A DNA stretch of 64,000 bases from Camelus dromedarius (Eukaryota). Below, piece by piece: positions 52,170-63,822 of this stretch. The stretch is taken from assembly GCF_036321535.1 (NCBI RefSeq), contig NC_087437.1, positions 10,852,001 through 10,916,000 on the forward strand, given 5' to 3'. Made by a program: the position numbers and the translations under genes. Below the pieces are notes generated by a model that did not search any database, was not told the origin of the DNA, and saw only the letters and a program-made list of their open reading frames with translations. How positions within the stretch are numbered: the first letter of the stretch is position 1; each line of letters begins with the position of its first letter.

Positions 52170-52480
52170 CACATAATAATAGCTAACAATCGGATTGTGT
52201 GGCCTGCAAAAGGGCTTTTACACACATGGAACATCTGGAGCCTTAAGACAGCTGTGAGGCGACAAGGACGCTGCCGAACGTTTACTGCGGGCTTGCTCTG
52301 CGTCAGGTCCCGGTCGCAAGCCTTACGTTGTTAACTCGTCTGATCCACACGGTTGGTCCCCCTAAGCACTGGCATCCCCTCTTGTCACCTCAGAGAAGAC
52401 GACTGAGGTCACATGGCCGGCAAGTGGCTGAGCTGGGATTTGAACCCAGAGATCCAGCTTCCAGGGGCTGTGCTCTTAAC
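52170..52480 (+). mobile_element. MIR fragments
   Basis: ACTGAGGTCACATGGCCGGCAAGTGGCTGAGCTGGGATTTGAACCCAG. Confidence 0.65.
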
Positions 52481-52639
52481 CGTCACGGGCAGCCTCCTCC
52501 CTCCCCACCCCAGGTGGAGACTGTGATGCCCATTTCCCAGGGGCGGAAACAGACCCACAGCCTATCTTGTAGAAGTGCACACAGCCAGTGGTGGTGAGGG
52601 GCTGGGGGGGGGGACAGAAAAAACTTAAAAACTCCCGGA

Positions 52640-53062
52640 TCTTTGTCATTTGAAGTGAAGTAAGCCAGAAAGAGAAAGAAATACCATAGGATATCACTTA
52701 TATAGAGAATCTTTTTTTAAAAAATGACACAAATGAACTTATTTACAAAACAGAAATAGACTCACAGACATAGAAAACAAACTTATGGTTACCAGAGGGT
52801 AAAGGGGGTGGGAGGGGATAAATTGGGAGTTTGGGATTTGCAGATACTGACTACTATTTATAAAATAGACAAACAAGTTTTTACTGTATATATAGCACAA
52901 GGAGTTATATTCAATATCTTGCAGTAACCAGTAATAAAAAAAGAATATGAAAATGAATATATGCATGTATACATATGCCTGAAACATTGTGCTGTACACT
53001 AGAAATTGACACAACATTGTACACTGACTATGCTTCAATTAAAATCAAAACAAAACAAAAAA
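52640..53062 (+). mobile_element. Young L1 3' end
   Basis: GTGAAGTAAGCCAGAAAGAGAAAGAAATACC...GAAATTGACACAACATTGT...TTCAATTAAAA. Confidence 0.88.
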
Positions 53063-54054
53063 CCTCGCTGAGTCTGCTTCCAAGTCGTGGGCACTTTAAA
53101 CGTTACACGGCTTTCCTTTTCTGCCTTGCTTACCAGGCAAAATTGGGACAGACAAGTTTGTCTTTCCCACAGGCCAGGCCAAGGGTGCACTGACCTTAAG
53201 CATAGAAATAAAAGGATCTCCAAAACACTCAGTAATCAACATAAATAATAGCTATGAAATATTCTTAAAAATCAAAATGATTTCAAAAATCCATGATGAT
53301 CAAGGTATCAAAAAATTTAAATAAAGACCATGTCAGTCCTGCCCCAAATTCCTTTTCAAGCCCTTTCCCCAGTGCTGACAATTCTTACTTATTCCAATTC
53401 CTTCATGAGTTGCTCTGGAAGAAACACTTGAAAGTCTTGAGATGTAACTCATTTATTCCAGGGGAACTGACATTTAATACCTTGGGTATGAAGAAATTAG
53501 ATTCAGTGAGAATTGCCAGCATTGGAAAAGGGCTCAAAAAGGAATTGGGACAAGATTGAGCCTTTTATTTTATTTAGATTTTTAATTTTTTGTTCATCAT
53601 GAATTTCCGTATTAATTTTGATTTTTTAAAAATATGATTGATTACTGAGTTTTGGGCAACCCCTTAGATTTTGTTTGGATTTAATCAGGGCCTGGAAACC
53701 AATGAAGATGAGTTATTTTCAAAACCAGAGGAATAACCCTAATATGAAGTTTCAAATGGTGTGGCAGGAGGGAAGCAGGACCCCTGGGGCAGGTGCTCAA
53801 GGTTTAGGCGCCGTCTCTGGCGGGCTCCGGGAGGGGGCTTGGCACACTTGCATGACAGTTCTGCTAAGGAATATGTGAGGGTCTCAGAGACGTTCAATAA
53901 GTTGCCCAAAGCCAAACAGGAAGCAAGTGGTGAGCCAGGATCCGAATCTGATTTTTCTCTTCATTGCAAAGCACCAGGCAACAGTCTGCGGTGGATCAGG
54001 AGTAAACTGGACAGAGCAGGGTGGTGGTGAACAGACTCTTCAGTATGTATCACG

Positions 54055-54713
54055 AAATTCCACTTTATGGCTTTTAAATACAGAGAAAGCCCCCAAGAGA
54101 CAAGTGCTTCAGGAGTCAATAGTACCTAAAGTTAATGTACAATCAGTATCTTAAGATAGTTTTTCAACTTTATTGGTGTCCATCAGCTGCACATGTGCAA
54201 GTGTAAAACTGGGTCTGTTCTGACACAGGTCTGCACCTGGGTAACACTTCTGCACCGAGGTACCATTTGCATCACCCCCAGAATTTCCTTGTGCCCTTTT
54301 GTCATCCATCCCTCCATCCACCCTGTCTCCAGGCAACCGCTGATGTTTTCTGTCACTGTAGATTTGTTTGCATTTTCTACTATTTTATATAAATGAATTC
54401 ATAGAGTATGAATGACTTCTTGTTTGGCTTTTGTCTGGCTTTTTTTTACCCAGCATAATTGTTTTGAGATTTCTCCATGTGGTTGTGAGTGTCAACAGTT
54501 CACGCCCTTTTTTTGCAGAGTAGTGTTCTGTTGTAAGGATCTGCGACAATTTGTTTATCCTGCTGATGTTTGTTTTCAGGATCTTAAATTTTTAATGTAC
54601 ATAAATAATTGATGTTTAGATACATGAACCTGCTTAGAAAAGAATGTGTTCTCCCTGAACTCCTTCTTCCCCTGAGAGGGCGGGGCAGTGCTGGTGTCCC
54701 CCTAACCCTGCTT
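54055..54713 (+). repeat. Left arm of a local inverted duplication (unique flank + old L1ME 3' end on minus strand + unique flank)
   Basis: Reverse-complement match to 56397-57247 along its whole length. Confidence 0.92.
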
Positions 54714-55045
54714 TGCCTTGTTGCTTCTCAAGAACATAGAAAATGCACTCCCCAGCCCCTGGTAGGGCCTGATGGCTAGTTTTAGCCAATACAGTGTAAG
54801 CAGAGGAGTTGAGAATTATCTCCCAGTGGAGGGAGCAAGGAGCTTGTATACAAGCTCCGGTTTCTTTCCCTCTTCAGCAGGGAGAGTGGAGGCTGTGATT
54901 AGCTGGTAGAACCACCTGATGGAGGCAGAGGCCTTGGAGAGCCACCCAACCTGCAGTGGACTTCAGTCCAGGAGAAGTAACCTCTCCTGTGATTTGGGAC
55001 TGTTTGTTACTGTGGCATAAGCCTAGCCTTTCCTAACTAATGCAC
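54685..55045 (+). mobile_element. MaLR MLT1 (H/I-like) LTR
   Basis: CACTCCCCAGCCCC...CTAGTTTTAGCCAAT...GATTTGGGACTGTTTGTTACTGTGGCATAAGCCTAGCCTTTCCTAACTAATGCA. Confidence 0.65.
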
Positions 55046-55089
55046 TTTAGTGTAACAAACCCTCTCTTTAGAGACAACAAGGAGATAGT

Positions 55090-55614
55090 TGTTGACAAAA
55101 ATAATCAATAATCAATCAATAATAAGAATACAAAAGAGTTTTATTTGAGCCTGTGGACTAGCCCAGAAGCCAGCTTCCCAGATTAGTCTGAGATGCTGCT
55201 CCAGAGAAGCATGGTTTCCAGCAGTTTTATACAGAGTCAGAACAAAGAACATTAAACAAGTTAGGGTTGTATTTCTTTAAGGTTTCAAAAAAAAACAAAG
55301 AAACAAAAAACAGACTAGCATGTACATGTGTGGCATGTACAGTATAGCCATGAACTTGGGAAGAGAATCTTATCATCAAGGGAGGACCGGCACTGGTGTC
55401 CCAGGAAGAGGAGCATTTAGTCTTTATTTTTAACATGGACATTCTTTACTTCTGGTCAATGAGCCTTTTTCTTTAATTAATTAAAGTGGATGTACAAGGT
55501 ACGTTTGATAAGCCACAAACAAGCTGTTTTATTTAGCATAAAATTCAAGTTAACTCATGTGTAAGCCAGAATGACTTCCCTGTATCTCAGTATTTGAATA
55601 TTTCTTTTATCTCA
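55090..55614 (-). mobile_element. ERV1-type solo LTR
   Basis: Minus strand runs TGAGATAAAAG...GCTCAAATAAAACTC...TTTGTCAACA (TG...CA termini, poly(A) signal); no clean TSD found. Confidence 0.7.
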
Positions 55615-55864
55615 GTCCTGGCTAAATTTCTACGAAGGCTGAACAGAATCCAAATTAATGAGGTTTTTACTCTTTGGAATTGTCTTGGAAATCTACTAAT
55701 ATTGTACCATGACAGACCACCTTTCTCTTCGGTTCAGGGGAAAGAGATGTAAGTATTTGGAAGAGGAGTGTTGGAGGTGGGGGAAGGCAATAAAGAAAGG
55801 AAAGGGAAAAAAATGTATGACTCTTTATCATGTACCTTCAGCTCACCTACATTAACTTATTTCA

Positions 55865-56010
55865 TCGTCATGACCCCGAGGAGATATTTATAGTCTCATT
55901 TTTACAAAGGAAAAAACTGAGACGCAAGAGGTTCCCTAGGATACACTGCTGGCAGGTGGCAGTTTCAGAATGAAAATCTACTTCCTCTGAACTCCCAACC
56001 GCCTCACTGC
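55865..56010 (+). mobile_element. MIR SINE
   Basis: CTCATTTTTACAAAGGAAAAAACTGAGACGCAAGAGGTT. Confidence 0.6.
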
Positions 56011-56396
56011 TCATCCCATCAGATTGTGAGATGCAGAAAGACATGGCACACAGCTCCTTCCTGGCACTGGCCACCTCCTGCTACAGGCTAAGCCAGTAAG
56101 CGACGGTCCCAGGTGGATGCTCAGGCAGAAAGCGGTGGGGACGGTTGACCCCGGTGGCCAAAGCCCACCCAGCCCCAGCCAGGCAGACGCAGTGAGGAGG
56201 TGTAGACAGAGCAGGGCCAGGAGTCAGCGCTTTGGGTCCAGACCTGTCTCTGTCCTAGGGTTCTGTGACCTAAGGCAGAGTCAGTTAACTGGTGGGAGCG
56301 TGGATTCCCAGTTTCAAGCCGGCAGGGTCTGTAGAAAGCAGGCAGGAAACCCTGCAGTGCTGGTTTTGTCCCAGAGCCTCTGGGCACAGCCCTGTG

Positions 56397-57247
56397 AAGC
56401 AGGGGAGGGGACACCAGCACTGCCACGCCCTCTCAGGGGAAGAAGGAGTTCAGGAAGAACACATCCTTTTTAAGCAGGTTCAAATATCTAACCATCGATT
56501 ATTAATGCCCATAAAAATTTAAGGTCCTGGAAACAAACATCAGCAGAATAAACACAGTGTCACAGATCTTTATGCCAGAACACTACTCAGCAATGTAAAG
56601 AGGTGAACTGTTGATACTCACGGTAGCATAGAGAAATCTCCAAACAATTACGCTGAGTAAGAAAAAGCCAAACAAAAAGTCACTCATACTGTATGAATTC
56701 ATTTATCTAAAATATTAGAAAATGGTACACCAGAAATTGACACAATGTTGTAAACTGACTATACTTCAATAAAAATATATTTAAAAAAAAAAGAAAATCT
56801 TGCTCCGAAGAATGAAAATATCTAATATGAAGCTCAAATTTAGAAGAATTAAAAATAAAAATTATTAAAGGTGATAGCACTTATGATCCCCCCAAAAATA
56901 AATAAAAATAAAATAAAATATTAGAAAATGCAAACAAATCCACAGTGACAGAAAACAGATCAGAGGTTGCCTGGAGACGGGTGGACGGAGGGATGGGTGA
57001 CAAAAGGGCACAAGGAAATTTGGGGGGTGATGCAAATGGTATCTCGGTGTGGGGTGATTTCGCGGTTGCAGACCTGTGCCACAATGGACCCAGTTGTACA
57101 CATGCCCATGTGCAGCTGATGGACCTCAATAAAGTTGAAAAAGCTATCTTCAGATATTGATTTAACATTATTTTAGGTACTATTGACTCCTGAAGCACTT
57201 ATCTCTTGGGGCTTTTCTCTGTATTTAGAAGCCATAAAATGGAATTT
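56397..57247 (-). repeat. Right arm of the inverted duplication, interrupted by a later L1 insertion
   Basis: Reverse-complement match to 54055-54713 except for 56725-56930. Confidence 0.92.
56725..56913 (+). mobile_element. Very short young L1 3' tail plus ~100-bp transduced sequence
   Basis: Exact 17-bp TSD TAAAATATTAGAAAATG (56708-56724 / 56914-56930). Confidence 0.85.
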
Positions 57248-58199
57248 ACAGGCACAGCCTCGCTAGGACAGGGCTGAGGATCAGGTGGGCGGAGGTCGGG
57301 GGGTGCATCTCCCGGCCCCCTCAGAGAGCCATCCGGGCACGATGTCACAGGAGGAGGCCTTGCCCTCTGCGCTCTGCCCTTTTGAAGTCCACCTTGTGCA
57401 GACCTCAGGGCCCCAACTGTTCTCAGTGAGAAAACACTTGTGAGGAACCTGTCAGCTCAGGATCCTCTGAGACGGAGACCCACCTCATCCGAAGCCTTGT
57501 CCGGTGAAGAGTTTTGTCTGCTGGTGAAACTTCCCTTGCGCGGTCGTGCGTTGTGGGCCCAGGACGGAGGAGTCTCACAGAACGTGAGGGTTTGCCCCTT
57601 TCTGCAAATAGGGGTGCCCTCAGAGGTGGAGAGGGGGCGTTCCTTTTTCTCAGCCATAAAAAGGCCCCAATTCCTCCACTCTGGGAAGGGGTGGTCCCAG
57701 CCCAGGGTGGTGCAGCTGAGGTAAACGTGTTCCAGGTAGCAACTTGACATCTTGCATTTATGGGCATTAAGCCATAGCTATATTATACAATATTAGATGA
57801 TGAATTTGGTTAGAACCGTTCCACCTACTGTATTCTGTCACTTAGACTCCAGGAATGAATGTCTGCTCTTGCTAACTTTTAAGACTTCTTTCCCCATTCT
57901 TCCTTGTTTTTTTCTTTAAAAGCATTAGGTATGATCACAAAGATAGATACAGTAAACATGTGCCTTCTAAGTAAAGTTTCATCTTCTTAAACAATAAATA
58001 AAATGTAATTTTTTTGCATATTAGGTAATGGAACTCTGCTAAGAGCTAGGCGTAGGAAAAGGTGTTTGCTCTTAGAAATCATCCTTTTCTCAGGGAGAAA
58101 AGACATAAAAAGAAGACTGTTAGGTTGCTTATGTGAAATAATCTGAAAAAATTATAAGAAACTAAAATTAAGCGTCACCTCCTCTAAACAAACCCCATT

Positions 58200-58970
58200 G
58201 TCAACTGCTTGTATAATAGAACTAAAAATGCTTAATTACGTGATAAAAGTCCCAGTGTCTGGATTTTATTATCGGCCATTATATTCCAGAGAAAATAATC
58301 ATTGGTCAATTACAAACGTATTGAAGCATAAAATACTTTACTAAGGCTGTGATTAATCAAATGTGGTTTCTGAACCACACTGCCTGCACCTTGGTGGGTT
58401 CACGTTCGCTGGCTTTAACTCCGTCCTCCGCGGTGCATCGGAGCTCTGCGAGTGAGTAGTTAGCATATCCACGTCCTTCATAACAAGTTATTGGATCTGT
58501 TTTATACCTGAGTCCTTGGCTGTAACCATGTAATTAGATCCCTGGGTCCATTCAAGGAAAGCTGCTTCATATAAACAGAGATAAAGTGATGACTGTGTAT
58601 CCGCTGGCCCACGGTGTGTTTCCCATCCAGCACCTGTCCTGGTAGCCAGCAACTGCTCGAGGACACTGGTGACAATGGTGGGACATTATTAGATTCACCC
58701 AGCCTCTCTGTGAGTCAGTATAAAAGAGTTGTTAAGTATAAACCGATGACATTTTAAGAAGCTCTGGGGTAAAATAAATAACAGAATAATTTTATACAAG
58801 TGGTTGTAAAAACCCTGGTCACAAACTCCTAGCAGTAAGGAAACGTGAGTTTAGACCTAGATGGAAAAGAAGAGAGAGAGAGAAACGAGGTGAAAGCATT
58901 AGCTGACAACAGACTGCAGGGAGCCACGAGCTTGGTTGTTAGAATAAATAATCATTAATTAACCCATGAG
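58200..58970. promoter_or_regulatory. Candidate enhancer/promoter in unique DNA
   Basis: TGATTAATCA, an inverted RUNX pair, several TAATTA, and TGAGTCA next to TATAAAAG; motif evidence only. Confidence 0.4.
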
Positions 58971-59239
58971 CTGGTGATGGTCACAAACCTGTTTGGCACA
59001 GAAGCAGAGAGGGACCTTTGGGCACAGGTCCCCAGCTGCGGGTGGCGTTGTCACTCCTGAGGTCCGGCAGTGCGGCCAGAGCCAGTCCCCACCTCAGGCA
59101 GACCCCTCTCCCATCTCTTTCCTTTCCATTTCTTTCTTTTCTCCCCTCCAACCAATTCTGTAGTAATTTAAAATCCTATGGCTATTCTGAATTGAATCCC
59201 AACAGGCAAACCTCAAACTCAATCCTCATTGTTTTCAAA

Positions 59240-60520
59240 GTTCCAGAGTTCTAAGTAAACCTTTCTATTAAATTTTTTTCTAATAAACAGTAAAAACACG
59301 GGCATACCCAGCACTCAGAAGGAACAACATGTTGACAGTTTGTCATTAAATAATCAAAAGCAACCGAACAAACATTACGGGTAAAATAAACACCTCCCCG
59401 CCCTCTTCCCCCCACCCTCCCCAAGGTGTGTGTGACCACAAACTCAGCATGCGTCCTTCTGGCTTGTGTTTCATCCTTTTGCTGAATGGATGTGCACTCT
59501 ACCCGGTGCACAGTGTCGCTGGGTCATCACTTACGTGAATGCACTTCCTGCTTAGTTACTGTTTTCACTCAGTGCTGAGCTGCAGCCACAGGAGCACAAG
59601 CAGATGAAACCACCCTGTGTGTCCCCCGCCCCACTGCCACGAACGCTCCCCGGTGTGGTCACACACCCCAACGTGATGGCCGTTCAGGTTTCCAATGCGT
59701 GGCTATTGCGTACGCTGCTGCGACTTCACAGATTTCAGCTGCAGTCCACTTTCCCGGGTACGACCAGGTTGCGCTGCACAGCCCTGTTCAGATTTACAGT
59801 CCCTCCAGCAGGGCGTGGACACACCTGCTCTCACTTGGTTTTGTCGGACGTTTTGATTTCCGCTGACCCCATGGGAGCCTTTGGGGTTTTTAACTTTCAT
59901 TTCCCGGCAGATGAGAGGTCGGAGGCACGCTCATCTGGGGATGATGGCTGTCCTGAGGTCCTCTTACATGCACCGTCCCTGTCCTTTGCCGTTTTCTCTT
60001 GGGTCATTTGTCTTTTTCTTGTTAATGTGTAGCTCTCTGCATACTCTGCATACAATCCATCCGTCTTCATTTCTTACACATACCTTCTAGCCTGCCACCA
60101 GACTTTTAACCCTTTTATGGTGTCTGCTCTAGTACAGATGACTTTCATTTTGATGAACTCAGATGGATCCACTTTTTAATCTGAGTTCTTCTTTCTTTGT
60201 ATTATCTCTAAGAAATCCTTGCCTGCCCCTAAGGTTATATAAACATTTTAAAGTTTTGCTTTTCACATACAGGATTTCACCCCCATCAGGATGGGTGAGA
60301 TAGAGATCTAACTTGATTTATTTTTCCCATTTTTCCATTCCCATTTTTTCCACTGGGATAGCCAGCTGCTCCAGTATCCCTGGTTTGTAGGGCCACTGCT
60401 AACTCATCTCAAGCCCACAATATATTTAGGATGGTTTCTGGGCCCTTTATTCAGTACCATCTTTCGTATCCCCTTCTGACCTTTTCTACCCAGTTAATCC
60501 ACACGGCTGCCAGGATGTAG
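59240..60520 (-). mobile_element. Ancient L1ME-type fragment
   Basis: CAGATTTACAGTCCCTCCAGCAG...TTTCTCTTGGGTCATTTGTCTTTTTCTTGTTAATG...TCTAAGAAATCCTTGCCTGCCCC. Confidence 0.7.
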
Positions 60521-60704
60521 TAAGTCTATGAAGTGGTTACTTGCTTTAATTAGATTCACTTATAAAGCCATAGGTAATTTTGAGGGGCTTAAGGACAGAG
60601 CACTGATGAAGGAAAGGACTACAATTCTCTTTGGATGGAGTTTGGTAAATGTTAAACACAACAAAGATTTAGAGTAGGAGGGGTTGGGGGTGGGAGGAAA
60701 GAAC

Positions 60705-60920
60705 TCAAGTTTGTTGAGCACCTAGAATGGGCCAGGTGTGCTTATGAGTTCATTTCATCTGCTCAACAGCACTCTGAAATAAGTTTTATTCTGTACTCGT
60801 TTTCCAGACGAGGACATAGGAGCGCAGAGGACTTCCGTAACTTGCTCCAAGTCACATAGGGCGTGAGCCGTGGAACTGGGACTGACCCTTCAGCCTGCCT
60901 GTCTCCAGAGGCCTTCACTG
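60705..60920 (+). mobile_element. MIR SINE
   Basis: TTTGTTGAGCACCTAG...CAGACGAGGACATAGG...TAACTTGCTCCAAGTCACA. Confidence 0.7.
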
Positions 60921-61732
60921 CTCTGTTTTGCCACCAAGATGAAAGAAGCTGCAGCTGGACCAGGTCACCTCAGCTAGAAGTCCCTTCACCCCAGGGACAT
61001 GGCCATCTGAGTTCAGGGCTGGGACCAGAGCGTGACTGTGGACCGGGCCACTCACATGCATGACCTCGTTACCTTCCACCAGCCCCGCAAGGAGGAGTGA
61101 TTCCTCTACAACCTCATGTGCAGACATGACAAGCACCCTCCTAAAGTCACTCTGCTGCTAAGATGTACGACAGGGCTGCCAGAAGCTGAGGCTGGGCTGC
61201 CTTCATGTATATCAGAGACAAAAGGCAGCTCCTGGCTCTCCCTTCCACCAGGTAGACACAGCCCTGGGCTGGGCGGGCAGAGTGCAGGCTGGACTGAGCC
61301 CCCTACCCACCTCTGCCAGGTGCCCTGTGCAGCCGCAGATGGGAACACGGAGGCCCGAAGGGCTTGACCTTGAAGTGGTCTGACTCCCAGACTTGTTCTT
61401 TCTCCTACATGTCACTCTTAGATGAGAGCCTTGCCCACTCTTCTGGTTCCAGACCATTTGATTGAGACAAAAGACTCCAAAAGCCCACGCATGTCAACCA
61501 CCCAAAGGAGCAGCAACTCGGTAACAGCAGGGAATTGTTATTTACCCGGACATGGGTCTGTAGCTGTGTTTACAAGGCATACTAGGTCAGAAAATCTATT
61601 TGGTAGGGAAAAAAAATAAGTCAAAGTAATGATACTAAATGTTGTCCCAGCCTCTTAGGACCTCTTAGGACTAAGTAGAGTTCTCAAATTAATAGTAAGT
61701 GAGTCTGAGTGGTACATTTTTTAAAAAGCTGA

Positions 61733-62095
61733 AAAACGATATATGTATACGTATAACTGAATCACTATGCTTAGTTTCTGTACACCAGGAACTAAGACAA
61801 CATTGTAAATCAATCAAGCAATCAAATTTTAAAAAGCAGATGGAAAGAGCTGCATTTTTGGATTAACTCACAGCCACTAGAGATCTCACTGTGAGAACCA
61901 CTTATTATTTTTTTTCCCTGAAAGCAGTTGTTTTTTTTTTTTTAATTGAGGTATAATTGACATATAACATTACATTAGTTTCAGGTACACAACAGAATGA
62001 TTCAATATTTATATACACTGCAAAATGGTCGAGTTATTTGTGTGTTTGTGTTTATGTTTGAGATGAAGACTTTTAGGATCTACTCTCTTGGCGAC
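61733..62095. mobile_element. Two short L1 3' tails: 61733-61826 (+) and 61931-62095 (-)
   Basis: First is GTATAACTGAATCAC...CATTGTAAATCAA between TTTTAAAAAGCTGA/TTTTAAAAAGCAGA. Second is T13-AATTGAGGTATAATTGACATATAACATT...GATCTACTCTCTTGGC. Confidence 0.75.
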
Positions 62096-63639
62096 ATGAA
62101 CCACTTCTTTGAAAGCAAAGTCAGACTATGTTGGATTTCTCCAAATTCCCAGTAGAATTCCTACTTTGGGAAGATGCAGGCGCTTTCGTTGCCAGCTCCA
62201 TCCCTGAGCAATCCCCCACTCTTTCTAGATGTGGACAGTTCTCTGAACTGCATCCACAGGGGAGTCGCTTATCTAGGACCACAAACTGCAGGCGCAAGTT
62301 CAAAATGACAGCAGTTCCTCAAGTATTGAGAAGGAGAGCGTCTGGATATAGAGCTGCAAAGGGCTGTGAGCACCAGCTTCACATTATCCTAGAAGGGACG
62401 ATACAAGCAGTTGTGCCAGAAATATGATAAGCTAGAAGGAGTGGAGACAAATGACTTTACTGAAGTTCTGGGAGGAAAAAAATGGATTCCACGTGTCCTA
62501 AATCCAGATATTATTCTCAAAAGACCATGTTTAATAGCTGAATGAAGCAAAGAACATAATAATGCCCTTTGGGGAGAAATGGAGAAGCTGGAACCAATCA
62601 CTGCCTGCTTTGCATTCATGACTCTTCCCGATCGAGCAGCCATTGGCTCAGGCTTAATTAAGACGTTTGCTACCACGGTCTCTTTTTACCTGGCCTCCTG
62701 ACGGCCACCTAAGCTAATTTCTTCAGTTCAGTACCTGTTCTCCAGGCAATCCTTTCATGAAAAAGACAGGAAAATGATGAACTTTTGCTTAGCTTCCTGG
62801 GCAAAGATGTGACAATTTCATTTGCTTTTCGGAAAGGGGACCCTCCTCTGCCTTTGCTGCAGTCCCCACGGTGGCCAGGGGGACAGCCCACAGCCTCTGG
62901 GTTTGGTGATACAGACATTCTGAAACAGCAGATCAGTCCCTGGGACCTCTTCCACTTGAGCGGAGGGCCCCGGATTTCTCTCTCAGCCATCAATGGCCCC
63001 TTTTCTGGTTCTGTTTGCTGCTGCTGCCTCTCCTCTGGTTGCACTGTCCAACTAGGTCTGTGTCCCAGATGTGTTCCCAACAATCCCTCAAAACTTGAAG
63101 GCACCTGGCCCTTGGCTCTTTTGGTCCCGGGTGGGCTGTGAATCAAGCTTATGGAAGCCGCTTCCCTGGAGACTGTTAACACGGTCTCAGCCGCAGGCGA
63201 AGCTCTGCACCTTGGCTGTCCTCACCTGTAGGAAAGCAAACTGAAGTTCCAGGTCAGCTTCGACAGAAGGGCCTGGAATTGGTTCCCAGCAATGCGTGCG
63301 GACTTCTGGCATTGCTACTAGCCCGAAGAGATGCGAAAATACTTCCCCTCGTCCCTTGCCCCTTCCCCTGAACCCCTGACTCATCAAAGTTCAAAAAGAA
63401 GTCGAATAGGATTCACGCCGATTAATGTGGACAACTAGCAGTTTTACTGTTTTGGCTGAAGAGATCTCCTATTAAATAGTGAGCGGGCCAAGTAAGGAGA
63501 TAACCCACTGGCCGAGTTCACTCACCGTAACTGTGCTGGCATGCTTTACCTGACGTGGAACAACAGAATTCACCACCAGAAGAGATCTGAAAAGTCACAT
63601 AATCCAGCCATCCAATGATGTTCCAACACGCTCCGTGCA

Positions 63640-63822
63640 CCAGTGGTCCCAATACCTGGACGCACATCACAGTTACCGACAGCCCTGGTTCAAAATGACC
63701 ATCACTTGGCCTCACCCCTGTGAGACTCTGATTCTGTAGGCCTGGGGTGGACTTGTTTATTTTAATAACACCCAGGAGATTTGGCACCCAGGACCCCAAC
63801 ATAGTACTGCAGTGTTTGGGGA
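63640..63822. mobile_element. MER5A-like hAT MITE
   Basis: CAGTGGTCCCAA...CACATCACAGTTACC...GACTCTGATTCTGTAGGCCTGGGGTGG...CCCAGGAGATT. Confidence 0.65.

Noticed and set aside
62128..62427. 99-aa ATG-initiated ORF in unique DNA
   Set aside because: No recognisable family and no poly(A)/TSD signature of a retrocopy; length is compatible with chance. BLASTX would settle it.
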